NCBI GenBank assembly: GCA_964036045.1
Contig: OZ038378.1
Span: 180,668,001-180,732,000 of the forward strand
Direction of reading: 5' to 3'
Origin: Eutreptiella sp. 'Long Island Sound 2002'
Taxonomy: Eukaryota > Protista > Euglenida
Length of the DNA: 64,000 nucleotides
The notes below the pieces were generated by a model, which made no database searches, was not told the origin of the DNA, and worked only from the letters and a program-made list of their open reading frames with translations. Made by a program: the position numbers and the translations under genes. This document shows positions 1 through 11,159 of the stretch, piece by piece; positions within the stretch are counted from its first letter, which is position 1; each line of letters opens with the position of its first letter.

Positions 1-2598
1 GAGTGATAAGGCCACAACGTGCTCCAAAAACTGTAAGACTCATGGCAGTTTTAGTCGTGCCTATCACCACAGCAGCCTCTACACTATACTACAAGCAATC
101 ATGTAGCACCCTTCTTGGTGCTGCCTGGCCGACAGCAGCTCAGTCGGCCAGAGCCGAAATCTGTTGGTAAATGTAGCAATTCCTTTAGGCTGAATAGGGT
201 TCCCACGTGTCTGCATTGATGGCGCACGGTCTTAAGTTCATTTGTGTTGTGTCTATTTGAGGTGTGGTGTGGTGTGGCTGGCCGTGCTGCGGTATGCTGT
301 GCTTTGGCCCCATGTGCTGGGACATGCTTTGGTAGGCGACATTGTGCTGCGCTGCGTCCGCCTTTTGTGCCGAGTTGTGCTGGGCTGTGCTGCCGTGGTG
401 TGCGTCGTGGTGCCCACAAAAGCAAAGCGCAGCTTCCGCGGCACAGCCCAGCGCCCAACACCACACCACAGCGCAACTGTCCGATGAATGCAGCCGTCGA
501 AGTGCTGAAACGACCAACCATAGCCACAGGGCAGAACAAGGCAAGCGGAAAGTGGGACAGGGTGGGGGCGGGGTGAGGTCGGGTGGGGTGAGGTCAGGTG
601 GGGCAGCTCGTCACACATGCCTCGCGGGCCTTGCCTGGCTTGTTGGGGCACAAGTATGGGAAAATGGTTGTGGGCACCACTACAGGCGTCAGCAGTGGGA
701 CAACATGCGGATTGGAGGATGAATGGTGCCTGAAAGCCTGGGCACAGCCCCGTGCGTGAAAACCAATACATTTGGAACCCCTGGGGTCAGTCACAGCATT
801 CACAGGGATGCAATTGATGACCACTGCCGGTAGATGGAAGCTCTCCGCTCGCACTTTTAACGGGACAGCCGCATGGACGAGGACGTGTCTGCGCCCCGCA
901 GTATATGCCATGACAGAATGCCTTGTGGCCATTGTCAAAAATTGATCGTCGTAAAATGGAGCCTACCCACTCGTGTTCGCTGTCAACCAATGCACGCCGA
1001 TTGAGTACCAGACATGGCATTGGTGGCCCCGGGATGAGCTACTGCACCCCCTTTGGGGAAAAGCCACCCAGGGGTCATGGGCCATGGGAGGGAAACCCGT
1101 ACAACATGTCCTTGTTGTCATGTCTTGTCATCATGATCATTCATCTGCGGCCTTTGCAGCGCCCCCCGCGCCCATGTTAATGGCCCGGGCCATGATTCTT
1201 CCTTCCGGAGGGGGGTTCCATTGACAGGGGGCTGGGGGAAAGAAGAAAAGAAAGAACTATGGGCATACAAAATTTGGTGGTGCCGGGCTGTGCACCTCCA
1301 GGCTGTAGAAGGCAGGTGGGTGTTCCATGACGGCTGGTGGGCTACCCTGTCATACGACCGGCGTCAAGGGTCATGTCTCAGCATGGGGCCCACCACGCAT
1401 TGGCACATGAGGGTGGCATGATCGCATTGCAAGAGAACGCTTTTCGCGCGCCGCAGGCCCGGAGGCACTTTTCCGGGCGCCATATGCACCGGGTGCGAAG
1501 AGACCTGGCCCAAAAGGGATGGCACCCCATCTAACATGAAAGGGGTGTGAGAATCCCTCTGTATGACGTGCCTGCCGGTCGACTGCAGCACTCGGGAAGT
1601 GTGGCGGTGTGGGACACTTTTGTGGGTGAGAGCAGAATATATGTCCCATATGCAACGAAAACAAAGCACAGCAAGTAATGCAGCAGTTGTTTCCTGAATA
1701 CAAACTACATTACAAGGAGTACTCATTGAAGAACGCCCACCATTTGTAAGCCAAAGCGCAACGTACCGCCATAATGCTCTATTAAGAACGCAAACAAAAA
1801 GGAGTATGGGGTACTAAAATAAAGCAACCAGTTAATGGGCCGTCAATTGCGCAATTGTGGTGGCGGCTCTAATCGTGCTCGACGGCTAGACGGCTCGACG
1901 GCTGTGATTAGAGGATCAAAATATTAAATCTGAAAATATATCGCTTTCATAATCAACAATGTCAATGTAGCGACCTGCCGCCTACGAAATCCGACCTGGG
2001 ATTCGCAACCAGAACAGTTCGTGTGCACTGCTCGCCATTGCTACTGCTGCCCCCCCCCGTGGCGTCCACTCCCCTGCCAGCGCTGACAGTCTTCAAAAAG
2101 GAAGAAGGGGGGGGGGGTTTGATTCTACGCAACAGTGGCTTTTGGGTCTGAACATGTGGGTGTGGTAGAACCAACGCAATCAAGTAATTTTCATACCACC
2201 AATGGCCCGTTGTTACCAGCAGCAGCCGTCAGTGACCTGCGATTCACCTCCGCTGGTTGAGTGAGTCCTTAGCGAAACGCATAAACACTTTGAGCCTTGA
2301 CAGGCCGCCTCACGTATGGGACCGGATGAGACCCTCCGACGATCAATCAGGCCATATGTTGTTTGGGTGGCAGCCATCAGAAGCAGCCCCACGTTGACGT
2401 ATCATGAGCTGCCCAAAGACGGGCGCAACGAGCCTTGAGTGTGGGTAGGCAGCCGCATGCCGTGTGCTTGTCGGTGTGTATGTGCTCTGTGCCTACGCCT
2501 CTACATTTACCTGTGCCTGTGCCTGTGCATGCGTGCTGGAGTCTCTGCATTCGCGTGTCGACATTCACACCGCGTGCCGCCTTACATCCACAGTGAGG

Positions 2599-3005
2599 TC
2601 AATACGGTTCGTCCCTCAGATACGTCACCCTCGGCCACATATCGCTGCCCATATTGGCCTGGGCAAGCAAGCAATACGCCATCGCCACAAGCGTCATCAG
2701 CGACGACGATAAGGTGAACCAGCCGGCAGCAAAAGCCTTGGAGTGCATGAGCGTCGGAGGGAGTCCGCCCATGAGGTGCGCCAGGCACGCGTACAGGCTG
2801 ACGGCCGTCGCGCGCACCTCCCTAGGGAACAGGTCGGTGGTCCACGGCACGAACACGGTGCGCAAGCCCTGCAAAGTGCCGTAGAGGCCCGAAACCATCC
2901 AGATCATGACGGTCTGGTTCCCGTGGTAGTGGTAGGGGACCATGAAGATGGGCACGGAGGCAACGGTGGTCCCGGCGGCCACGAGAATGCCCGTCTTGCC
3001 AAACC
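2599..3005 (-). CDS. MFS transporter (MHS/ProP-like family), exon 3 (last)
   Basis: Acceptor ...cttccccgtccccacag|GG TTT GGC AAG (phase 1). Encodes (G)FGKTGILVAAG...DLFPREVRATAVSLY...YLRDEPY-stop, which reads as C-terminal MFS helices. Confidence 0.85.
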
Positions 3006-3299
3006 CTGTGGGGACGGGGAAGAAGGGTGAGGCAGGTGTGCGGGGGAGGGTCATGGACAACAAATATGAGGATCGGCATAGGCGGATGGCGTGTACAGTA
3101 ATACGCATGGGAGTCGGGGGTGCAACGGCAATGGCGTCGGCCGATGTGTATATCTCTCGGTGCCTGTGCCGATTGCGCCAACTCGGTGGGCATACAAATT
3201 CACTCCACGGGCTGTTGCTTCCTCGGATGCACCACAAAAGCCTTTGGTGCGCAAAAGTCGCTCTGGGGGAGCAAAGTGGGTGCGGGTGCAATGGCATCA

Positions 3300-3591
3300 G
3301 CCTGGTAGCCGGGCAAATCCTGGCTTTGTCTGGGTAAAATCAGGGTACAGTGAGACCATTGCGTGGCGCAAGGTCCGGCTGACCAAACAGCGCAACGTGG
3401 ACCTCACAACCGACGGTCTGTGGGCCATGCCTCTCAACACAGGGTGGGTGCCTGTGAAGGCACGCAGGCTGCAGGATTGGGAAAAACTGAAAAAATATGT
3501 TCCAATTCACAAGCAGGGGGATGTGTGCCCCAATGGGGTCCCTGCCCTTGTGGAAGGGGGCAACAATGAGGACGATTCGGATTCAGAATAA
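3300..3591 (+). mobile_element. Possible C-terminal fragment of a DNA transposase inside MFS intron 2
   Basis: Coding-like frame ...WVPVKARRLQDWEKLKKYVPIHKQ...NNEDDSDSE-stop resembles the basic-helix plus acidic tail of some DDE/DDD transposases (recalled resemblance only). No catalytic core or TIR pair found. Confidence 0.3.
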
Positions 3592-4475
3592 TCAGTGGTC
3601 CCTCGAGCATTGCCCTGTCTTGTGCACCGTCCACTTTGCAGCCCCATTTGCTCAAAAATGTGATCATCGACCCCCCCCCCCAACCCGTACATTTCTGAAA
3701 CGGCCTTTTCTCACAGATTTCAAAAAGTATACACATACCCCCCCCCCAACGGGACGAAATTTTGGCGCATTGGACCAAAAGTTCATAAAACCCAGGAAAA
3801 GTGCCAAAACCCACCGTGTTGGCGCATAACGAATGTCCCCGAGAGATATGGGAACTGGCGTAGAAATTCGGGAAGCATGGGGGTGGGCATGGGAGGGAGC
3901 TTGGGTATGCGCAATGGCGTGGGAGTTAAGATATGCGTGGGTACTGGCGTGAGGTTCGATATCATGCCTACCGACCACTAAACTGTTTCACTGAAGTGTT
4001 CGGCATCGTACTCAGTGGCCGAGGGTCGTGCTCTTTAGCACACATATTCTGGCCCGAGACAACGCCAGAGAGCCACTCAGTTGTTTGAATGACCAGCAGT
4101 AATCCTGGAGCTTTAGATACACACACTCGCACGCGCGCGCACACCGGGTGCAGAGGAAGGGGGGTCAAGGGGCTGCACTCTGGCTGCCTCTACAAGTCGG
4201 AGCTGACCATACTGTAACTGTCAGAGCTGTAGGGACTATGCGAGTCGATGTTCATGACACATTGATGTCTTGCTGCATTGTCACTGACCTCCGTGTGGCA
4301 GGAGGGGATTGAGGGGGGAGATGAGATGGGACCCACACCCACCGGGGTCTTGAATCATCCCCCACCCTTCCCCCACACCTCCGGCGGTCCTTAGGGGAGG
4401 GCACTGGCCTGGGAGTTCGGTACGCAGGAGACAGCGGTGTGGGTGGGTGGGCGGAGGGAATATTGGCACAGAGAC

Positions 4476-5181
4476 CGATTTTGTCGGCCACCCACAGGAT
4501 GAAGACGCAGGATGGGATGTAGGTGAGCTGCGAGCCCACCAGGAGCAGGCCGGACTGCATGTCCGAGTAGCCGCACCACTTCCCCAGCCACGCCTTCATG
4601 TAGTTGGCTGCGAGGCCATCAAAAGTCGCGTTCAGCATAAGCCCCGCGACGCACACGAGACCCGACTGGTACGTTGTGCTCAGGAACCCGAAAATGCCTG
4701 GCGTCGGGTCGTCGGGCACGCGCAACTCGGAGGAGGCATTGGAGGAGTGGTCGGAGACGTCATCGTGGTCAGCCTGGCGGTACCAGCTGTCCGTGCCCTC
4801 GTACGTCTCTCGAATTTCCCACCAGAAGAGAACGACGGGGCAGAAGGCGAGGACGCCCGAGAGCAGCATCGGAAGCCGCCAGCCCCATGACTGCATGTCG
4901 CGGGGCGACAGGTGCGTGTACATGGGGATGACGACGGCGCTGAGGGTCATGTACCCAAGGGACAGGGGGACCATCAGGAGTGCGCGCGACATGGCCAGCA
5001 TTGGTGGGGGGGCGGACTCGGCCAGCACCACGTTGCCAATGCAGTACTTGCCGCCGTATGACACCCCCTGCAGCGTGCGGAAAGCCGTCATCCACATGGC
5101 GCTAATTGGTGACGACGGGGGCGTGCAGCCTTGTCCCACGGTGCCAATGAGCAGCAGACTGGCTGCTGTCAGGAAACCCAT
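4476..5181 (-). CDS. MFS transporter (MHS/ProP-like family), exon 2
   Basis: Acceptor tctcgatctacgcag|ATG (phase 0); donor ATC G|gtctct (phase 1, matches exon 3). Motifs FRTLQGVSYGG, WGWRLP, WVADKIG. Confidence 0.85.
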
Positions 5182-5676
5182 CTGCGTAGATCGAGATATA
5201 TGGAGGACGAATGCAGTGCGGTGCACTACACATCACATATGGCCACGCATACCCACCCGTACCACACCCATCACGCATTACCACCCCAATACAACACACA
5301 CATACAAGACTGCCACACACGCACACACACATCACAATGATCATAACCACAACTATACACATCCCACACACTCTTACCTTTCATGGATATGCTCGTGCGC
5401 GGACACATGTAGTGAGCAGATAGATGGTTGCCCGAGTGTTTATTGGGGTGCAAACAAAACTAATACGTGGTTGATACAGAGGAGGGGGGGTTGCACTGGA
5501 TTTGTTTCGTGTTTTTCGTTTTTTACTTCCAATAATTTTGTTTTCAAAAACAACAAAAATAGGCCAGATTTTCTCCGGCCTCATAAAAATTCTTTCGTAC
5601 TTCGTAATCTTAACAAGATTCAGAGATCGGGCAAAGGCAAGGTCACAGCATGCAAGTGCGAAATTTACTGCGCAAA

Positions 5677-5748
5677 TTAGGGACTGCATGAGAAATCAGT
5701 GGCATTCTGCTCGTAACGTAGATGCTCTAGCAAGTGAGCTACACTCCC
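5677..5748 (-). tRNA. trnV: Plastid-derived tRNA-Val(UAC)-like pseudogene (NUPT), 3' half decayed
   Basis: Reverse complement GGGAGTGTAGCTCACTTGCTAGAGCATCTACGTTACGAGCAGAATGCC has a tRNA D-arm and a TTAC anticodon loop; T-arm degraded. Confidence 0.55.
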
Positions 5749-5751
5749 ACT

Positions 5752-5824
5752 TGGGCAAGGAGGAATTTGAAACCTGACACCGTAGTTTGTACCCATGTGC
5801 TCTAGTCCACTGAGCTACAAGCCC
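5752..5824 (-). tRNA. trnR: Plastid-derived tRNA-Arg(ACG) pseudogene (NUPT); anticodon now reads ACA
   Basis: Reverse complement GGGCTTGTAGCTCAGTGGACTAGAGCACATGGGTACAAACTACGGTGTCAGGTTTCAAATTCCTCCTTGCCCA matches the plastid trnR-ACG pattern with several substitutions. Confidence 0.85.
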
Positions 5825-5829
5825 CTTTG

Positions 5830-5901
5830 CTCCCCAAGTAGGAATTGAACCAAGAATAAAATGGTTAAAAGCCAATTGCTCTATCACTGGGCTACTAAGG
5901 A
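5830..5901 (-). tRNA. trnN: Plastid-derived tRNA-Asn(GUU) pseudogene (NUPT); anticodon now reads TTT
   Basis: Reverse complement TCCTTAGTAGCCCAGTGATAGAGCAATTGGCTTTTAACC...TTCAATTCCTACTTGGGGAG matches the plastid trnN pattern. Confidence 0.8.
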
Positions 5902-5923
5902 TTCTTATCTGCAATCCCTCATC

Positions 5924-6049
5924 ATCCTGGCACCGAGATAGTTTCCCACGAGGCAACCCTCAAAAAAAAATATATTGTCAGCTCTACCATTTCACAAATA
6001 AGTTGGAAATGGATTGAAGTGTATCAGATTGGCTAAAAACACTAGGATA
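5924..6049 (-). rRNA. rrf: Plastid 5S rRNA pseudogene (NUPT)
   Basis: Reverse strand starts TATCCTAGTGTTTTTAGCC and ends ...CTCGGTGCCAGGAT, like plastid 5S termini. Lies just downstream of the 23S 3' end. Confidence 0.7.
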
Positions 6050-6129
6050 CATGATAAAGAATCACTACTGCGGGCGACAATGAAATCTTACCTTTGTTGA
6101 ATAAAAAAATCTTAAAAGCAATTATTTGG

Positions 6130-7080
6130 TGAAAATGCGCAGTCTTTTGGTATATGTCAGCTACGATTATTACTAACCTTCAATTTAATGTCTATCAAAT
6201 AGTTGTTCTTCCTGCCACCTCACTCTCAAAAGAGCAAGGAGTACTCAGCTCAGGGTAGGTTTCTTACTTGAATGCTTTCAGCAGTTGCCCTTTCGATATG
6301 TAGCTACCCGACACATCCTATTGGCATAAGAATTGGTAGACTGGAGGTATGTCCTCTCCAGTCCTATCGTACTTCGAGAAGATCCCTTCAACACTCGAAC
6401 GCTCGCACCGGATATGGACCGAACTGTCTCACAACGTTCCGAACCCATCTCGCATACTGCACTAATGGGCAAAAAGCCCAACCCTTGGGACACACGACCA
6501 GCCCACGCTGCGATGAGCTGACATGGAGGTGCCAAAGCTCCCCGTCAATGCACGCTCTTGGAGGAGATCAGCCTGTTATCCCTAGAGTAACTTTTATTAG
6601 TGACGGCTTTCCATCGAGAACCACCAGGTCACTAAGGCTTACTTTCGTTCCTACTCAACTCCTAGGTCTTATACTTAAGCTCTATTACACCTTTGCACTC
6701 TTCAGTTCATTTCCGCCCAACCTAAGAGAACCTATGCACACCTTTGTTACCTAGTAGGAGGCTACCACCGCAGCAAAAAAAACCCCGCCTAGAACTATCA
6801 AACATTCTGATTCAAGAATTGTCTTTAGATTTCTAACTCCCCTAGAATGGTGTCTCTTTGACAGCTCAGATATTCCAGAAAGAATTCTGAAAAGCCTCCC
6901 ATGTATACTACGCAAGAAGAGCCCGAAGCCAATTTCGACTTAGAGTAAAGCTTCATAAGGTGTTTCTGTCCAAATGCAAGTAGACCGCATCTTCACCGTC
7001 AGTTCTATTTCACTGAGTCTCTTTCTGACACATTCCACACATTGTTATGCCTTTCGTGCAAGTCGGAACTTCCCCAACTT
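6130..7080 (-). rRNA. rrl: 3' part (peptidyl-transferase region) of a plastid-type 23S rRNA, decayed (NUPT)
   Basis: The + strand carries reverse-complement LSU signatures gatatggaccgaactgtctcac, cagcctgttatccctagagtaactttt, atttcactgagtctc and gtcggaacttcccc. Many substitutions; ends abruptly at ~7080 against repeat DNA. Confidence 0.92.
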
Positions 7081-9070
7081 AATGGAAAAGAAAAGACTTA
7101 ATCGGAAAATTTCAGGCGCCACTAGGCCTCCTAAAAAATAGCAATTTTGGGTTGTTCGAGGGGCCCATGGCCTAGGCTACATGGACCTGGCAGCCACTAC
7201 GTGGGTCCCCATGGGTGCTAGAGTACCCATCTTGTCAGCAAACGATCACCCAAACCCATCCCTAAGGCGACAAAAGGGTTTTGGAAAAAGGCAAAATTGC
7301 AAAAAAAAATTCAGCCAACACAGGCCAACTTGAAAACGACCAAGTCCGCACCAGCAAATGCCCATAGGTGGGCTAACTGGAGGTACGTGGGGTTCGGACT
7401 CGAGACCCGCCATTGGTTAGAGGGTCCATGTATAAAAAAAAAGTCATTCCGGACCTAGGTCAAAATCGATGTACGGCCTCCACAATGCACAAAAAACTTT
7501 TGACCCCCCACACCCACCCACTCCCAGAAAAGCAACACCCTGGTATAGGAGGGGGGGTGGCAGGGTCAAAATCGAAAAAATCATAGGGGTGTCATTTCAT
7601 CCCAACAGTGATGATTTTACCAGGGGTTAAGCATCCCATATCACCCACTGGGGTATGCTACATGAATGATCCCCAAAAAGGGGCGGGGATATGGCGCCCG
7701 CGCTTGTGCGTGATCCAATAGCCTCTCTTCGAGATGATTTGAATGCAATGTATGCATGTATGTAACGCATGATAGGGATGACCGTCATATTCAGGAGGGA
7801 GGTTACCAAGGTTATGGAGGTGGGCCCTCACCTTGTGCAGCGCCTACTTTGGGTGTGTTTTTAGGTAACTTCTGTCCCAGCCTTCCCGCGCCTGCCAGCT
7901 CCTAGGCCTCTGCCCGCATGCTGATGCATGCCATATCTTCCTTGCGCCTGCACACCAAACTGGAGGGGTTCCCTACTTTTCGACTTAATGTAATAACGGA
8001 TCCAAGGCTTAGGACAAAAAAACCCTTGCACCAGAACTGAAAAAAGCGGGACGATTAAGGGAGGGGGAGAGGTTGAAGTGGTTTTAAACTGCTCTGATGA
8101 ATCGTAGGTGTTCTCTCTAGATCCCCACCCTGTTGGTGCAGCCTCCCCGTTATATCCAACCTGCCCCCTTGTATGGAGGACTCCTTTGCATCCAACCCAC
8201 CCATCGCTGTACTCAGACCCCCCACCGTTTGTCACGCCCCCTTCCAATTGATATGCAAGCCCCCGCATAACCAGGGCCCTCCTTTGTTTCCAACACCCCA
8301 TCCCTTTATGTCCATACCCCTCCAACGCACGCTTGTGTGTATATCCCCGCTCCCTGCATCACCAGAACCCCCCCTTTGATCGAGACCCCCTTGATACCCA
8401 TGCTTTTTTTAACCCCCCCCCACCGTGCACACCCAGATACTCCTTCAGATCCGGACCCTCCCCTCCCCGCGTTCATACCTGGATCCCTCAGCTTTATATC
8501 TAGACCCCTCCCTTTGACACCCAAGCCTTCGCATCTCTAGACCCCTCTTGTTTGGTCACGTGTCCACCCCTGCCGCTTGCCCATTCTGGTGCACAGGGGC
8601 ACGCCCTCGATTTGTATGTGATGTGTGGCATTAACATGGCTCGGTTTTTCATCAAGGCAGGTGGGGCACTGTGTAGTTCTAAGATGCAACCTTTTGCTCG
8701 AGCAAGCCGCCACATCTGTTGGGACTTTCCCAGGTGTGTAATTGGTAAGTCGCTTGTTCTGCACCACATTATTGGACATGTTGGTACCAGTGAAAGGCAC
8801 CACCGTCGCTCACAGCAAATGACCACAGGGGGTCGCAGCAACGGGCCATACGCCGACTCCTTCCCGCTTCCGTGCCACTTTCCAGGGGGGGGGGGGGTCT
8901 GGTGGGGGTTAGGGGGCCAGCTAGAGGGGGGGGGGGGGGGGCTCCGGACCCCTACATATATGGCTTAAAATGGCCTTCTCATCGTGCTAACCACTTGGAG
9001 GTGCAGATGTGGGGGCCAAAAAAATTGCAACACGGGGGGGGGATTGTAGGTGGTACTTTCGTTTAAGGGG

Positions 9071-9215
9071 GTTTAATGGGGACAAGATCAGAATTGGCTG
9101 CCTCACCCCTGCCTTCTCGGGGGCCCACAAAAGGGCGGGAATGCTACGTAACCCCTGCGTTCTCGGGACCCCAACAAAGGAGACAAATCAGAATTGGCTG
9201 CATGTCATCTGCCTT
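9071..9215. repeat. Short dispersed non-coding element with internal direct repeats; related copy at ~22930-23010
   Basis: gacaa(g)atcagaattggctgc and cccctgc(c/g)ttctcggg each occur twice; the core gggcgg(a)aatgctac..aacccctgc.ttctcggg recurs near 22940. Confidence 0.7.
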
Positions 9216-9781
9216 TGCATAGTAGACTCTTGGTGAGCTATGGGGGGAAAAATGGGGAAAACACCTTCAAGACCTGTACACCAGTACTGAAATTTTGCTA
9301 CCTTTGCGAATTGAACCTAGGGTACTCTGTATGTCTGTATAGTGTCCCACAACTAGGGTAGTGGCCATCTCTGAGAAGCTCTGCTCAGAGGTGGAATAGT
9401 TATTTCCGCGCGGACTGAAAAAATATCCATTTTGCCCACTACCGATTTCTCCTGAAAAATCCGAGTATATTGAGCATAGACACATAGGGTGAAAACACAA
9501 TTTTTTACCCTTTGCCACATCAGGAAAATTTTGCTTTCGGCGCCTTTGGCGCCGATGGTCTGGCACTTTGGTGCCAATTCTAGGGTGGGGGGGGGGGGGG
9601 GTGTCGGCGTAAAGGACCCGGGCCCAGCAACCCCCCCCCCCCCCGCCGTGCAGATAACCTGATCCGAGCAGTGATGTATTTGAGGGGCACAGACTCCGTT
9701 TTGGGAGCCGGAGGAGGAAGGTCCTTTTACCCAGAGCCCCCCTCCCCCTTCCCAGACCTCCATTTCCTGCCCCCGCCCTAC

Positions 9782-10150
9782 TCTGGAAAAAGGCAGTGGT
9801 TGGATGGCGACCTTGCGCCCGTATTTGTCCGCAAGGCGACCAAAGAGCGGGGCCCCAACCGGCATCGTAACAAACGGGACGCTCCACACGATCCATGCAA
9901 CGGTGTCGTTGCCGTCGAACACCACCTTTGCGATCGGAGGCTCCAGGTATGCGTAGGTGTACAGCTGGAAGCTGTCGAAGAGGCAATTTAGCGCGATGCT
10001 CCGATGCTGCTTCAGGAACCGCCCGACCGACTCCCAGTAGCCGGGAAATATGGGGAGTGGCAACCGGGGGACGTGGGGTCGGCCAGAGCGCGAGGAGTTG
10101 GCGGCGTCATTGTGCCTTCGAGGGCAGTTGAACAATCCACAAATGGGCAT
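9782..10150 (-). CDS. MFS transporter (MHS/ProP-like family), exon 1 (start codon and donor uncertain)
   Basis: TM1-like RSIALNCLFDSFQLYTYAYLEPPIAKVVF and motif A LFGRLADKYGRK. In-frame phase-0 donors at 9781 (AGA|gtaggg) or 9658 (CAG|gttatc). Confidence 0.75.
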
Positions 10151-11159
10151 GCACAGTCTGCCACGTTGGCAGGACGAAATACTCTGAGATGGAGGATGGC
10201 ATGAGAATACGATGCGCGCTCACCTGCCCTCATCAGCTGTCTCCAACCATTTCCAACCGAGACCAAGCCCCAACAACGCTTACTACCCCTCCACATGGGA
10301 CAATAACTGTGAACAACGTCGAAGAATCAATGAGCCCTTTACACACAGCCGAGGTGCACACTGCCCTTTGTGAGCCCAGGCACGCGTAGCCTGCACAGAG
10401 GGCTCATGCACATGGCGCCCATGCTCACTGTGCCTTTTGCAGGTATGGCAAGGTTCCAGGCTGACCAGGCTCTGCGCCGGCGAATGCCATACAACTGTTG
10501 CTCGACAAACATGGGGAATCATGTGTAATTGTGGGTAATGGGGAATTGAAGCAAATCCTGGGGAACTATGAGGTTTCTATGGGGCTGGAGAGCATTGTTG
10601 ATTGAGAGAGGTTGATTCAAGGTTTTGAACATTTTGAACATTCTTGTCTTGTTCTGTTCTTGTTCTGGAGGGTAATGAGCCATGGGATGGTATTGAGGGG
10701 CTGGAGTCGTCTTGAAGGGGCGGGGTGGGATCGGGGTGGAGTCATATTGAGGGGTCTGGGGCCATACCGGGTTTTGAGTCATATTGAGGGGCTGAGGTCA
10801 TATTAAGAGGGCAATTGTGGTCTGTTTGTGGCACCCCTTTGCCTCCTCTGTATGGTGGATGTTATCTGGTGCACAATGTCCATCCTAGGGTCTTGAAACT
10901 AGGCCCACCCACTTGTACCGAATCCAACCCCCTGAACGTTCCAACGGCCACAATCCCTGGTTTGCTGCCAGTCCTGCAAACAATGTGTGTCCTTTGTTTA
11001 GGGGTAGCTGCCGCTTGAGCACATCAAGAGTCAGGCTGCAGCGTTTTGGCCGGGCCTGGTCCAAGAGGTGACAGCACAGGCGACCTCCGCTTGCTGAAGC
11101 CGGTGATCGAGTTCCAATGGACCAAATAGGCGTCTTTGACCCACCGTACACACATTGCA

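Noticed and set aside
5677-7080. Functional rRNA operon or bacterial contamination
   Set aside because: Mutated anticodons and conserved positions, truncation at 7080, and embedding between phase-matched exons indicate a decayed nuclear insert.
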